Source of the DNA: an uncultured Bacteroidota bacterium
GTDB taxonomy: Bacteria; Bacteroidota; Ignavibacteria; UBA10030; UBA6906
NCBI GenBank assembly: GCA_963700635.1
Contig: CAVOYH010000004.1
Location: 544,001 to 608,000 of the forward strand
Direction of reading: 5' to 3'
DNA: 64,000 bases
How positions within the stretch are numbered: position 1 is the stretch's first letter; each line of letters starts with the position of its first letter. This document shows, in pieces, positions 11,306 to 21,290 of the stretch. The notes under the pieces were generated by a model. That model saw nothing but the letters and a program-made list of their open reading frames with translations. It did no database searches and had not been told where the DNA came from. Made by a program: the position numbers and the translations under genes.

Positions 11306-12460
11306 TTGGACAATCACGAAGACCTCTTGAACCTCGTGGAGCAGCATGGCTCCCCGTTGTTCATCGTTGACCATGAAAAACTCCGGGAGAACTACCGGAC
11401 ATTCAAAAAGCACCTGCCGCGGGTTCAATGTTACTATGCGGTAAAGGCGAACTCACAGCAGGAGATCATCGAGACCCTGTTCGAGGAGGGATCGAGTTTT
11501 GATGTCGCCTCGTACCGGGAATTTATGCAGGTCTATCAGTACATCAAACACTTTGAGAAAAAAGAGAAGAAACATTTTGTCTGGGACAAAATCATTTTCT
11601 CCAACACGATCAAAGACCGCGCAACACTTGCGAAAATAAAGCAGTACAGACCCCTGGTGACATACGACAACAACGCCGAACTGATCAAGCTCAAGCATGA
11701 GTGTGACACTGCGGGACTGGTGCTGCGCCTCAAGGTGCCTGACACCGGTTCTCAGGTGGAGATGGCCTCCAAATTCGGTGCGGAACCGGGGGACGCCCAG
11801 CAACTGATACAACAGGCCTTTGATATGGGTCTGAAGGTCGAGGGGATCAGCTTCCATGTGGGGAGCCAGTGCACAAACTTCGACAACTATACCGTGGCCC
11901 TGGACATCGTTGCTACTGTTCTCCATGATGCGCGAAAAAAGGGGTTCCCCTTGAATCTTGTGGATATCGGAGGCGGGTTTCCGGTTCCGTACGACCCCGG
12001 GGTTCCGCATTTCGAACGGCTTGCCACTCTCCTGAACTCCGAGTTCGCGCGGTTGTTCCCCGACGATATTGAAATCCTTGCTGAACCGGGGCGGTTTATT
12101 GTGGCAACGGTTGCCACGCTGGTCTCGGAGATCATCGGCAAGGCCCGTAGGGACGGGAAGGTATTCTACCACATTAATGACGGGGTCTATCATACCTTCT
12201 CGGGCGTGGTGTACGATCACTGGATTCCGAACTTTCACGCTTTTAAGGAGGGCGAAACGGAGATCTGTGCGGTGGTCGGACCTACCTGCGACAGTTTTGA
12301 CAAGATTTCTCTTTCCGTGGACCTCCCCTGGAATCTCGAGGTGGGGGATTATCTCTACACGGAGAACATCGGGGCGTACAGTACGGCATCCTCAACAAAG
12401 TTTAATGGATTTGACGGGGCGAAGATACTCCACAGGAAATCTCCCGCGTCGCATCGTTAA
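11306..12460 (+). CDS. fold-type III PLP-dependent ornithine/lysine decarboxylase
   Basis: YAVKAN (PLP Lys), FDVAS, SFHVGSQ, DIGGGF, EPGRF, GPTCDS, GAYS motifs; TTG start. Confidence 0.9.
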   Translation: MDNHEDLLNLVEQHGSPLFIVDHEKLRENYRTFKKHLPRVQCYYAVKANSQQEIIETLFEEGSSFDVASYREFMQVYQYIKHFEKKEKKHFVWDKIIFSNTIKDRATLAKIKQYRPLVTYDNNAELIKLKHECDTAGLVLRLKVPDTGSQVEMASKFGAEPGDAQQLIQQAFDMGLKVEGISFHVGSQCTNFDNYTVALDIVATVLHDARKKGFPLNLVDIGGGFPVPYDPGVPHFERLATLLNSEFARLFPDDIEILAEPGRFIVATVATLVSEIIGKARRDGKVFYHINDGVYHTFSGVVYDHWIPNFHAFKEGETEICAVVGPTCDSFDKISLSVDLPWNLEVGDYLYTENIGAYSTASSTKFNGFDGAKILHRKSPASHR

Positions 12461-12504
12461 ACGAGAAACGCCGGCTTGTGGCCGGATGAACTCTCGGAAC
12501 AACA

Positions 12505-12539
12505 GAGCGGGCAACCCGTGAGTCTCAGGTTGCCCGCTC
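12505..12539. terminator. hairpin between convergent genes
   Basis: Perfect 12-bp stem GAGCGGGCAACC ... GGTTGCCCGCTC. Confidence 0.65.
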
Positions 12540-12572
12540 GATTGTACAGCTGTTACGATGTACCGTGTTGTA

Positions 12573-13316
12573 CTACCTTGCTGTGCGTCCTTCCACAGCA
12601 TTACGTCCTTCCACGGCATTACGTCCGTCCACCGCATTACGTCCTTCCATGACATTACGTCCTTCCATAACGTTGCGTGCTTCCATCGGCATCGCATTGA
12701 GGACGCTTGTCCGCTCGGCAACCGGTAGCGCATTAAACGTTGCCATTTTGGATTCAACGGGGAGCGCGTTGTAGAGGGCCGTCCGTGACTCCACCGGTAT
12801 CTTCGCCAGGCTCAACGCACGCGCGTCAAGGCTGCTCAGGCGTTCCGCAAACGTCGCCCGTTCTTCGGCCGGCATTTTTGCCAGGATTTGATTCCGTTGT
12901 TCCGTGCTCATTCGATCAAATGCGGCTTTCATTGCCTCGGCCGGGGTCCGGTCCAGGAGAATCTTCATCTGCTCGGCAGGAAGGGCAGCGAAAAAGCCAG
13001 CTCTCTGCTCGAGTGCGGCGCGGCTGATGAGCGAGGTCTTTCCATCTGCGGCAACGCGGCTGTTTGCATCAACGTTGGCCGCGGGGTTGTCCGTTGCCGA
13101 TGTGGCCGCGTCCTGACCTGCAAGCTGAACGTCCGCTTCACTGATCTGTTCCGCCCGGTATTTCGTGGCGGCCCCGATCGTTCCAGCCGCATCCTCTTCG
13201 GGAGGATAGGGCAGCAGAATCGCGACAAGGGCGATAACCACGATGATCGCTGCTGCGCTGCCTATGAGGATGCGGGACTTGCCCTTTCCTGACGCTGGGG
13301 TTTTTGAGTTTTCCAT
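12573..13316 (-). CDS. single-pass membrane-anchored protein with helical 12-aa repeats and a C-terminal (V/M)EGRN(A/V) hexapeptide repeat
   Basis: TM segment ILIGSAAAIIVVIALVAILL followed by YPPEEDAAGTIGAA; repeats LPAEQ/MPAEER/LPVES; RBS AGGAGG. Confidence 0.8.
   Translation of the reverse strand: MENSKTPASGKGKSRILIGSAAAIIVVIALVAILLPYPPEEDAAGTIGAATKYRAEQISEADVQLAGQDAATSATDNPAANVDANSRVAADGKTSLISRAALEQRAGFFAALPAEQMKILLDRTPAEAMKAAFDRMSTEQRNQILAKMPAEERATFAERLSSLDARALSLAKIPVESRTALYNALPVESKMATFNALPVAERTSVLNAMPMEARNVMEGRNVMEGRNAVDGRNAVEGRNAVEGRTAR
12582..12686 (-). repeat. 18-bp tandem repeat, about 6 copies, encoding MEARNV-MEGRNV-MEGRNA-VDGRNA-VEGRNA-VEGRTA
   Basis: Repeated unit similar to cattacgtccttccacgg on the + strand. 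Confidence 0.9.
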
Positions 13317-13368
13317 GGTGCCTCCTAACAGAGAGTTGTGGGGTGATGGTGAGGTATCTGGTCTATCC

Positions 13369-13401
13369 TAACTACTTTTGAAAGGCCTGAAAGTTGGCCG
13401 G
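13369..13401 (-). promoter_or_regulatory. putative ECF-sigma promoter of the repeat-protein gene
   Basis: CCGGCCAACTTTC-aggcctttcaaa-AGTAGTTA; same boxes and spacing as 18917-18949. Confidence 0.75.
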
Positions 13402-13464
13402 TTTTATGATATTTTCTCCCTGCGAACAGTGCTTTTCGCCCAAATTGGACGAAAACAGGCAAAA

Positions 13465-14481
13465 TCAGTCCTTTTCGAGAAAAGAGAGCTGCCACAGGTC
13501 CCGGCTCCGTGTGTTCAGGATGGGGTGCAGTGCGAGCAAACCCGTCCTGCCAATACTCTTTTGAAGGTATTGAAGCTCCTGTATCTGGGCCTTCGCCTCC
13601 GGATCCGGGGGAACGTCAAACCCCGAGTCTCGCATCATGAGCATCCCCTTTGCTTTGACAGCAAGTTCGCTGTGTAATCTGAGCAAACACAGCATGTCGG
13701 CCACCGTCCCGGGAGGGAATCTATCCTGTAACGAATGAAGGTACCGGCCGACCCTGTTTTCCGCAAGCACTCCGGCACTGATCATTTCGAGGATGTCCCT
13801 GTCTGTATCAAACCCTGACCCCAGCCATTCGCGGGTCACCGATTCACTCTGTCTGAAGACCATAATCAGAAGGAGCGGGAGAATCCCCATGGTCAGCAGG
13901 GTCGAAATCAACGGAGACAGGAAAAAGTGATTAAACAGTGAATGGATCACCATCGCAATCAGCAAACCGGGAAGAACCAGGTGACTTTTCCAGGAACCTG
14001 CGCGGTCAATCAACGCTTTTGCGGTAATCCCGACGATCGCTGTGGTTCCGCCATGCATAAGTGCGGTGCCGAATCCCCGGATGATCCACACGACAAGATG
14101 AGCATCCTGACGTACCTGCATGTAGTAAAGATTTTCCACTATGGCGAATCCTGCTCCGATGGCGAACCCGCGCACGGAGGCATCGACCATGAACCCCACC
14201 TTGTGGCTGCGGATGAGGTAGATGAGAAACGACGATTTGAGAAGCTCCTCTATGGCCGGGCCGACATACCGGGTGAGCGTTTTCGCCTCGATATGGAAAT
14301 TGCTCACTATCGACGTGTTCACAAAATAACTCACCACGGCAACCAGAAACCCGATCACAATCGTAAGAAGGACTTCCCGGACCCGTAAAAGCTTGAAACT
14401 GTCCAGAAGCACCAGACTCCCCAGAAAGGCAAGAACGGGGAGAAGAGCAATGCCCAGCTGCAGAATTCGTTCCGCCATCAA
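13465..14481 (-). CDS. PrsW family glutamic-type intramembrane protease
   Basis: GPAIEELLK, FAIVEN, H(GGT) and HSLFN motifs; multi-TM; overlaps the upstream gene by 4 bp. Confidence 0.88.
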   Translation of the reverse strand: MMAERILQLGIALLPVLAFLGSLVLLDSFKLLRVREVLLTIVIGFLVAVVSYFVNTSIVSNFHIEAKTLTRYVGPAIEELLKSSFLIYLIRSHKVGFMVDASVRGFAIGAGFAIVENLYYMQVRQDAHLVVWIIRGFGTALMHGGTTAIVGITAKALIDRAGSWKSHLVLPGLLIAMVIHSLFNHFFLSPLISTLLTMGILPLLLIMVFRQSESVTREWLGSGFDTDRDILEMISAGVLAENRVGRYLHSLQDRFPPGTVADMLCLLRLHSELAVKAKGMLMMRDSGFDVPPDPEAKAQIQELQYLQKSIGRTGLLALHPILNTRSRDLWQLSFLEKD

Positions 14482-17426
14482 AGGATCTTGATCGATATCA
14501 TAAATTCCTTCGTCGGGAGATTCTTCTTTTCAAACGCCAGCGCGTACCCGACGGAGAGAGTTGCCGAGAGATTCGAAAACATGACCAGTTTGAAATCAGC
14601 CTGGGCCCCTACATTCGAGACCACGCGGAAGAGAGAGGGGTTGTGGGGGTTCGCCAGGATTGATCCGCCGAAAAACGCAAGGCGGGTCCATGTGCAGTAC
14701 AATGCTGCAAAACCCAACCGTCTAAAACGAACCGGCGGCAGCGTCCATTCCGCCACACCTTTGATAAACGTCGTGCCCCCGACCGCGTTGAGCTTTGCCC
14801 CCGGGAAACTGTCAAACTCCCGGTACCTGCTGACTTCGCGGAAGTCCACGTAATTGTTGCCGAAACCTCCGAAGTAGAAATTCGAGAAGGGTTCGTCCTC
14901 GTCTTTGGGGGAATAGCCCCCTGCTGTCCTGAACCAGAGCGACGAATGGTTCCACGGGAGAGCGAACCCAAGATCGGCAGTCGCGTAGAACTGCGGAAAC
15001 CACACCGAACGAACGACGTAGGTAACGTTGCCGAGCGACAGCTGGATCCCTTTTTCGTAATCCACGGCTCCGAGAGAACGCAAACGGCGGAGATAGTCCA
15101 GGCTGCCGCTGAGCACGAAGAACTTGTCGTACGTCACGGCGATGTTCTGCGAATACGGTAATCGTTCCAGCCCCCAGAATGCACTCACGCTGAGCGAATA
15201 GTCGAGTGCGGAAGGACGATCATCCAGAATGTTGTCGTGGTACCCTACGGTGACGGAATTTCCCTTCCGGCTTCGTTTGGTCGGCCCGAAAAGATCATAA
15301 AAATCGGCGGAGTTGTATCCGGCCCGGATACTCCATTGCCAGTACGTGTAGCGCAGGGAAGCATGGAATCGTTCTGCCGGATCAAGCCCCTGATTCGGAG
15401 AATAGGAGGCCGTCATCTCGAAGTTGTGCATGAGCAGCGGATCAAAGAGGTTCGCCCTGGCGCCCCACGCCACCGTGTTCTTGTAACCCTGGCCGATGGG
15501 ATAGATTGATCCGAGCTGAATGTGTGCCAGGCCGCTGTAGTCGCCCGCGGAGACCGTAAGCGAATCGATGTTGATCCGTTGAGGAGAAGGAGGGGGAAGT
15601 ATCCAGTCCTTCACGACAGGATGCATGTCCACCACTGACTGCCCCAGATAGGAAATCGCATGGACATCATCACGGGTGGTGTTGGCGATCATGACAGGCA
15701 GGAATCCCCTGGCGGTGTACCGGAACGCCACAAGGGAGTCAGGAGATATCGGGACCGGCCGGAACAACCCTGTTTCGACGTTGGTGAGCCAGTCCATTTT
15801 GTTTTGGGCAATATCGTACCGAACGATGTTGCTCACACCGGTGTAAAATGTGGAGCCGAACAGGTACTTCCCGTCCGGCGAGTGCGTGAAGTTCAGAGGT
15901 GCGGTGTTCTCGAACTCATAGAGCACCGTATAGTCTACGTTCGCGCTGAGCAGGCTTGAAAGGGGGATCATGATGAGCGTGTGGCGTCCGGTGATCTCGG
16001 TCATGGAAGCAACAAGGGTCTCTCCGTCCGGCGAAATGTCCGGGTCGTACAGGTCGATGCCGTACTTGAAAGGAACAATTTCCTGGTATCCCTCATACGG
16101 GTACGGAACGCGCACCAGGCGCGAGATCCCATCGTGATGCTGGATGCCCCAGATGGATTTGTCGGTCTTGTTGTACGTGAGATCGCCGATGCGGGCGTTG
16201 GCCAGGAGGACCCTGTTCTTCCCGGTCCGGACATCCAGTGCGACGAGGTCTCGCCATCCCTTGGAGTTTTTGGTGGTGTAGTAAAGGGTACCGCTTGAAT
16301 CGTTGTAGATGGTCGAAGTCACATTGTACAACGAGGGAGTGGGTACGTCCGTAATCTTGCGGATGGAGCCATTATCAACATCAAGGGAAATGATGTGCGC
16401 CGTTTCTCCCGGAAAATTTACGCCCAGGTACAGTTGTCGCGTGCCGGCATCGAAGTGGGCGCGGGAGATGGCGCCCAGCGGCTCAACAACGAGAGGTCGA
16501 TCGTTGGTAAGCGGGTACATTCTGATGGAGTCGAGATTCGCCTTCTGCCAGCGATGCTCAAAGGTAATCCACTCAGACCAGACGTCATCCAGGTCCCGTC
16601 CGAAGACGTTTTCAAAATGCGACGCAAAGTAGGCACTGCTGGAATCGGAGCGGTCGAACCAGTCGATGACTCGCTGCGGTCCGAACTCCCTGCCCAGGTA
16701 GGTCACGAACCGCGTTCCGTAGAGATAGGAGTTGGCTCCGATCTGGAAGTCGATGGTTGTGCCTTCGGACTCGAGACCGACAAAGTCATAAAAATAGCTG
16801 TTTTCCCGGACCATAGTGCGGAACACCATCTCGTCATATCCGTTGATTGCGCGTCCGATTCCACCTGACATCCATGTTTCCATGAATGTGGCTATTCCTT
16901 CATGGTACCACCGCGGCGAGTACTTTCGTGGCGTCGTCAGATAGCTGTAAATCATGGACACGGGTTCCTCGGTAACAGGCAGAACCTTTCCAAAGAACAG
17001 GGTCCGGAAGAACCGGTCCGAGGCGGCGGCCTTGTCTGTGGCAACAATGTGGGCGAGTTCGTGGCTGATCACCCAATTGAACCGCTCATTCGTCGGTGAG
17101 GTTTCGTACGTGTATTCGTAAGGTGAGATGCCGAGGATCATGTAGTTACGGGGGATACTGGTGGCGCCCGCATATCCGTAATCGTCATAGTCCTGCAAAA
17201 AAACCAGCACGTCCTGGGATGGCGTGTAGTTAAACAGTTTCTGGTGAAAGGAGAGTGAATTCTGAAAGCTGCGTGTGAGATGCGGAACAATATAGTTGTG
17301 CGCCGGCGAGTAATACACAATGCGCATCTGCTCAGTGCGCAGGGTGTAAAAATCCACTCCGTAGCAGGTCGACGTTACCAGCGCACCGGCAAGAAAGGCA
17401 AGCAGGAGTAGTGGTTTTTTGGGCAT
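14478..17426 (-). CDS. outer-membrane protein with N-terminal gluzincin metallopeptidase, TolB-like beta-propeller and C-terminal beta-barrel
   Basis: Signal peptide; HELAH plus WYHEGIA zinc motifs; PD40-like DPDISPDG and HSPDGKYL; FYFGGFGN loop and amphipathic C-terminal strands. Confidence 0.7.
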   Translation of the reverse strand: MPKKPLLLLAFLAGALVTSTCYGVDFYTLRTEQMRIVYYSPAHNYIVPHLTRSFQNSLSFHQKLFNYTPSQDVLVFLQDYDDYGYAGATSIPRNYMILGISPYEYTYETSPTNERFNWVISHELAHIVATDKAAASDRFFRTLFFGKVLPVTEEPVSMIYSYLTTPRKYSPRWYHEGIATFMETWMSGGIGRAINGYDEMVFRTMVRENSYFYDFVGLESEGTTIDFQIGANSYLYGTRFVTYLGREFGPQRVIDWFDRSDSSSAYFASHFENVFGRDLDDVWSEWITFEHRWQKANLDSIRMYPLTNDRPLVVEPLGAISRAHFDAGTRQLYLGVNFPGETAHIISLDVDNGSIRKITDVPTPSLYNVTSTIYNDSSGTLYYTTKNSKGWRDLVALDVRTGKNRVLLANARIGDLTYNKTDKSIWGIQHHDGISRLVRVPYPYEGYQEIVPFKYGIDLYDPDISPDGETLVASMTEITGRHTLIMIPLSSLLSANVDYTVLYEFENTAPLNFTHSPDGKYLFGSTFYTGVSNIVRYDIAQNKMDWLTNVETGLFRPVPISPDSLVAFRYTARGFLPVMIANTTRDDVHAISYLGQSVVDMHPVVKDWILPPPSPQRINIDSLTVSAGDYSGLAHIQLGSIYPIGQGYKNTVAWGARANLFDPLLMHNFEMTASYSPNQGLDPAERFHASLRYTYWQWSIRAGYNSADFYDLFGPTKRSRKGNSVTVGYHDNILDDRPSALDYSLSVSAFWGLERLPYSQNIAVTYDKFFVLSGSLDYLRRLRSLGAVDYEKGIQLSLGNVTYVVRSVWFPQFYATADLGFALPWNHSSLWFRTAGGYSPKDEDEPFSNFYFGGFGNNYVDFREVSRYREFDSFPGAKLNAVGGTTFIKGVAEWTLPPVRFRRLGFAALYCTWTRLAFFGGSILANPHNPSLFRVVSNVGAQADFKLVMFSNLSATLSVGYALAFEKKNLPTKEFMISIKIL

Positions 17427-17530
17427 GCATCATCCGGAAGTATGAAGTATGATTGATGGACTGCCGCGTCGCTCCCGCAGGGATCGTTTCTGCATCTGGA
17501 GGGGCAAGCGAAAAAAGCCAATGAACAGCC

Positions 17531-17566
17531 AAAAAAAGCACGCGGAGGAGGGGTGAACCCTCCTCC
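17531..17566 (-). terminator. Rho-independent terminator after the anti-sigma gene
   Basis: GGAGGAGGG/CCCTCCTCC stem followed by a T7 run on the minus strand. Confidence 0.65.
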
Positions 17567-17596
17567 GGATACGCGCCGTACTCTTACCCGGTTCTG

Positions 17597-18379
17597 TTAT
17601 TCAATAAATGCCGTAGTCGATACGAGCCTGGTCTTCATGCGGGAGATGTGCGTTTGCAAGGTCAGCCGCCCGGATGTGCTACGGTTCACCGTGAGCTCCA
17701 CGCGGGCATGCGTTCCCGCGCGGACAGTGACAATTCCCGGATCAACCGTGAGGCTGCCGGTGAATCCATCCAGAGGCCGGACCGTTTCAATTGCCCCCAA
17801 AGACGGATCAAACGTAAAAGCAGCGGAGCATGAGTCTGGACATGTCACGTCGAATCCGACGATGATCTGACTGTCCGTCGTCCGTGTGAAAAAATTACCC
17901 TGAACACCTTCCGCACTGAGCGGGGTGATCTTAAAACCCTCCATCCCATCCGTTCGCTCGTGATACACAATCGTCCCCGCGATTTCACCCTCCGAAACCT
18001 CCGGAACAAGGTAGAGCTGGGACGCCAGAATGAACCCGAGAATGCCGAACGCCATGCCGCCGGCAAAGGCAAGGGAAATCCGCAGTTTTCGCACGCGGAA
18101 GCTGTCGAACAGACCTTTTGAGGATGGGGAGTGGCGTACAGATCGGTTTTCGTGTTGTTCGATGCGTCGCATGACGCCGGGAAGCAGGGAAGGAGGAGCA
18201 ACGGCCTGGTCCGCAGAGGCAAGCGTGGCCTTGAGCGTGTGGAGATCCGCCTGCAAGGAACGTGCTTCTTCGCTTGCTGCAAGGATACTCTTCAGTTGTG
18301 CCGCCTCGGCAGGGAGCAGTGTGCCGTCCAACTCCTTGTTCAGTAATGTGATCATCTCAGATTTTCCCACTTGCACCAT
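17597..18379 (-). CDS. membrane-bound anti-sigma factor
   Basis: Directly follows the ECF sigma gene; N-terminal LNKELDGTL anti-sigma-like helix without ZAS Cys/His; single TM; periplasmic beta-rich domain. Start could be 18379 or 18355. Confidence 0.75.
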   Translation of the reverse strand: MVQVGKSEMITLLNKELDGTLLPAEAAQLKSILAASEEARSLQADLHTLKATLASADQAVAPPSLLPGVMRRIEQHENRSVRHSPSSKGLFDSFRVRKLRISLAFAGGMAFGILGFILASQLYLVPEVSEGEIAGTIVYHERTDGMEGFKITPLSAEGVQGNFFTRTTDSQIIVGFDVTCPDSCSAAFTFDPSLGAIETVRPLDGFTGSLTVDPGIVTVRAGTHARVELTVNRSTSGRLTLQTHISRMKTRLVSTTAFIE

Positions 18380-18917
18380 ATCCTTTCCGCACCAAAGTTT
18401 CCCGAAGGAGCATCCGGGCCGAAAAAAGTCTCGACTTGACACGTTTTTCCGGAATGCTTAAAATTTGTCCTATTTCTTCATAGGAGAGTTCCTGAAAATG
18501 CCGCAGCACGATAACCGCCCGGTAGTCAACAGGGAGCTGGTAGACTGCATTCTGTACGGATGCAGCGACTTCAGATTCCTCATGAAGCTCTTCCGGTGAC
18601 AGGTCATTGGCGGGGAGATCAGGTGAAAGTGACTCACGTCGTTTTCCTCGTTTCAGAACATCAACAGCGTGATTCGTCAAGATTCGATACAACCAGCTGA
18701 AGAACCTGTAGCGAACATCGAACGAACCGAGGGCTTCATATGCCCTGACGAATGCTTCCTGCACTATCTCTTCTGCCTCATCGCGATCTGACATCATGCG
18801 GAGCGCGACATTGAACATCGGCGTCTGGTACTTCTTGACCAGCGCAGCGAAAGCATCACGATTGCCTTCGCGACTCTGCAGCACCAGTCTGAGGTCTTCG
18901 TCCTGTTGTTCTACCAT
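18357..18917 (-). CDS. ECF RNA polymerase sigma factor
   Basis: Region 2 AEEIVQEAFVRAY...FFSWLYRI; region 4 LRHFQELSYEEIG...VKSRLFSAR. Confidence 0.93.
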   Translation of the reverse strand: MVEQQDEDLRLVLQSREGNRDAFAALVKKYQTPMFNVALRMMSDRDEAEEIVQEAFVRAYEALGSFDVRYRFFSWLYRILTNHAVDVLKRGKRRESLSPDLPANDLSPEELHEESEVAASVQNAVYQLPVDYRAVIVLRHFQELSYEEIGQILSIPEKRVKSRLFSARMLLRETLVRKGYGASGKI

Positions 18918-18949
18918 AATTACTGTGTACGGGTCAGAAAGTTGGCCGG
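18917..18949 (-). promoter_or_regulatory. putative autoregulatory ECF promoter
   Basis: CCGGCCAACTTTC-tgacccgtacac-AGTAATTA; AAC-N16-AGTA spacing typical of ECF promoters. Confidence 0.75.
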
Positions 18950-18953
18950 AAAA

Positions 18954-19241
18954 TCAGTCTTCAATGCGACAGACGAGGTCAAATCGGGCTATTTTGAATA
19001 CGTCACGGACCATTTTGTTCATCCGTGTGAGGATAAGGTCCTGCCCTGTAAGGCTTAGCCGCTTCTGGGTCTTAAGAAGAAGCCCCAGGCCGGCGCTGGA
19101 AATATACTCCAATCCCTCAAAATTGACCCTGCAGGTTTTTGTGATGCCATCCATAACGCGGGATGCTTCGTCGACCTGAGAAGCATCAAGACGGCCCACA
19201 AGAAGAACTTCTCCATTATCATCTATTGTGGTCGAAAACAT
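18954..19241 (-). CDS. STAS domain anti-sigma factor antagonist
   Basis: GRLDA and YISSAGLG (phosphoacceptor Ser) motifs. Confidence 0.9.
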   Translation of the reverse strand: MFSTTIDDNGEVLLVGRLDASQVDEASRVMDGITKTCRVNFEGLEYISSAGLGLLLKTQKRLSLTGQDLILTRMNKMVRDVFKIARFDLVCRIED

Positions 19242-19648
19242 CAGCTATTCTCCAGGATCTTCGTGAAAGTAATCGTGCTACATCTGTCGGCGTACGTATA
19301 TTCCAGTGAGTCCACCATCTCGCGAACCAGATGGACTCCCAGGCCGCCCGGTACCCGATCTTCAAGGGGAAGCGAGGTGTTTGCGGGTTCAGCACGTGTG
19401 ACGTCAAAGGGTTCGACGTCGCGGTCCACCATCGTCACGATCACCCTCTGATCTCGTTTTTCGAGGCGAATCCAAACATCCTGGACTCCCTCGGGGGCAT
19501 ACTTCACCATATTGGTGAAAAATTCTTCAACAGCGAGATTCAGCACGTATGCAGTCGATGGGTCGGCGGGAAAGGATGAGAGGCATTCTGCGACGAACGC
19601 AAAAATCTCCTCGAGTGAAACCATCTCTTTAGGAAAGGATCGCTCCAT
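19241..19648 (-). CDS. RsbW-like anti-sigma serine kinase (HATPase_c_2)
   Basis: LAVEEFFTNMVKY and R.PGGLGVHLV motifs. Confidence 0.88.
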   Translation of the reverse strand: MERSFPKEMVSLEEIFAFVAECLSSFPADPSTAYVLNLAVEEFFTNMVKYAPEGVQDVWIRLEKRDQRVIVTMVDRDVEPFDVTRAEPANTSLPLEDRVPGGLGVHLVREMVDSLEYTYADRCSTITFTKILENS

Positions 19649-19818
19649 GAGGATTTGCTTGAGTGGGTCCGGGCATCCGGAGTTCGAAAGAGCTGATGCG
19701 GCGTTGGATACTTACGATAACTTTTTTTTTGGCTTATGTCAACCCGAGCGGTGCCGGTCGTATGAGGCCTGCTCCGGTGGAGCGTTGATTCTTCCGGCGT
19801 ACTGTCGTATCTTGATGA

Positions 19819-21270
<1,452 letters not shown>

Positions 21271-21290
21271 GAGGAGATGGTCCGGTGTCG

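Noticed and set aside
11453-12238. Long antisense ORFs (e.g. 11453..12238, 10546..11151, 32684..33415, 40362..41111)
   Set aside because: They are shadows of well-supported opposite-strand genes, as expected in GC-rich DNA.
12582-12686. 18-bp repeats as a CRISPR array
   Set aside because: The repeats are contiguous, have no spacers and are in frame within a CDS; there are no cas genes.
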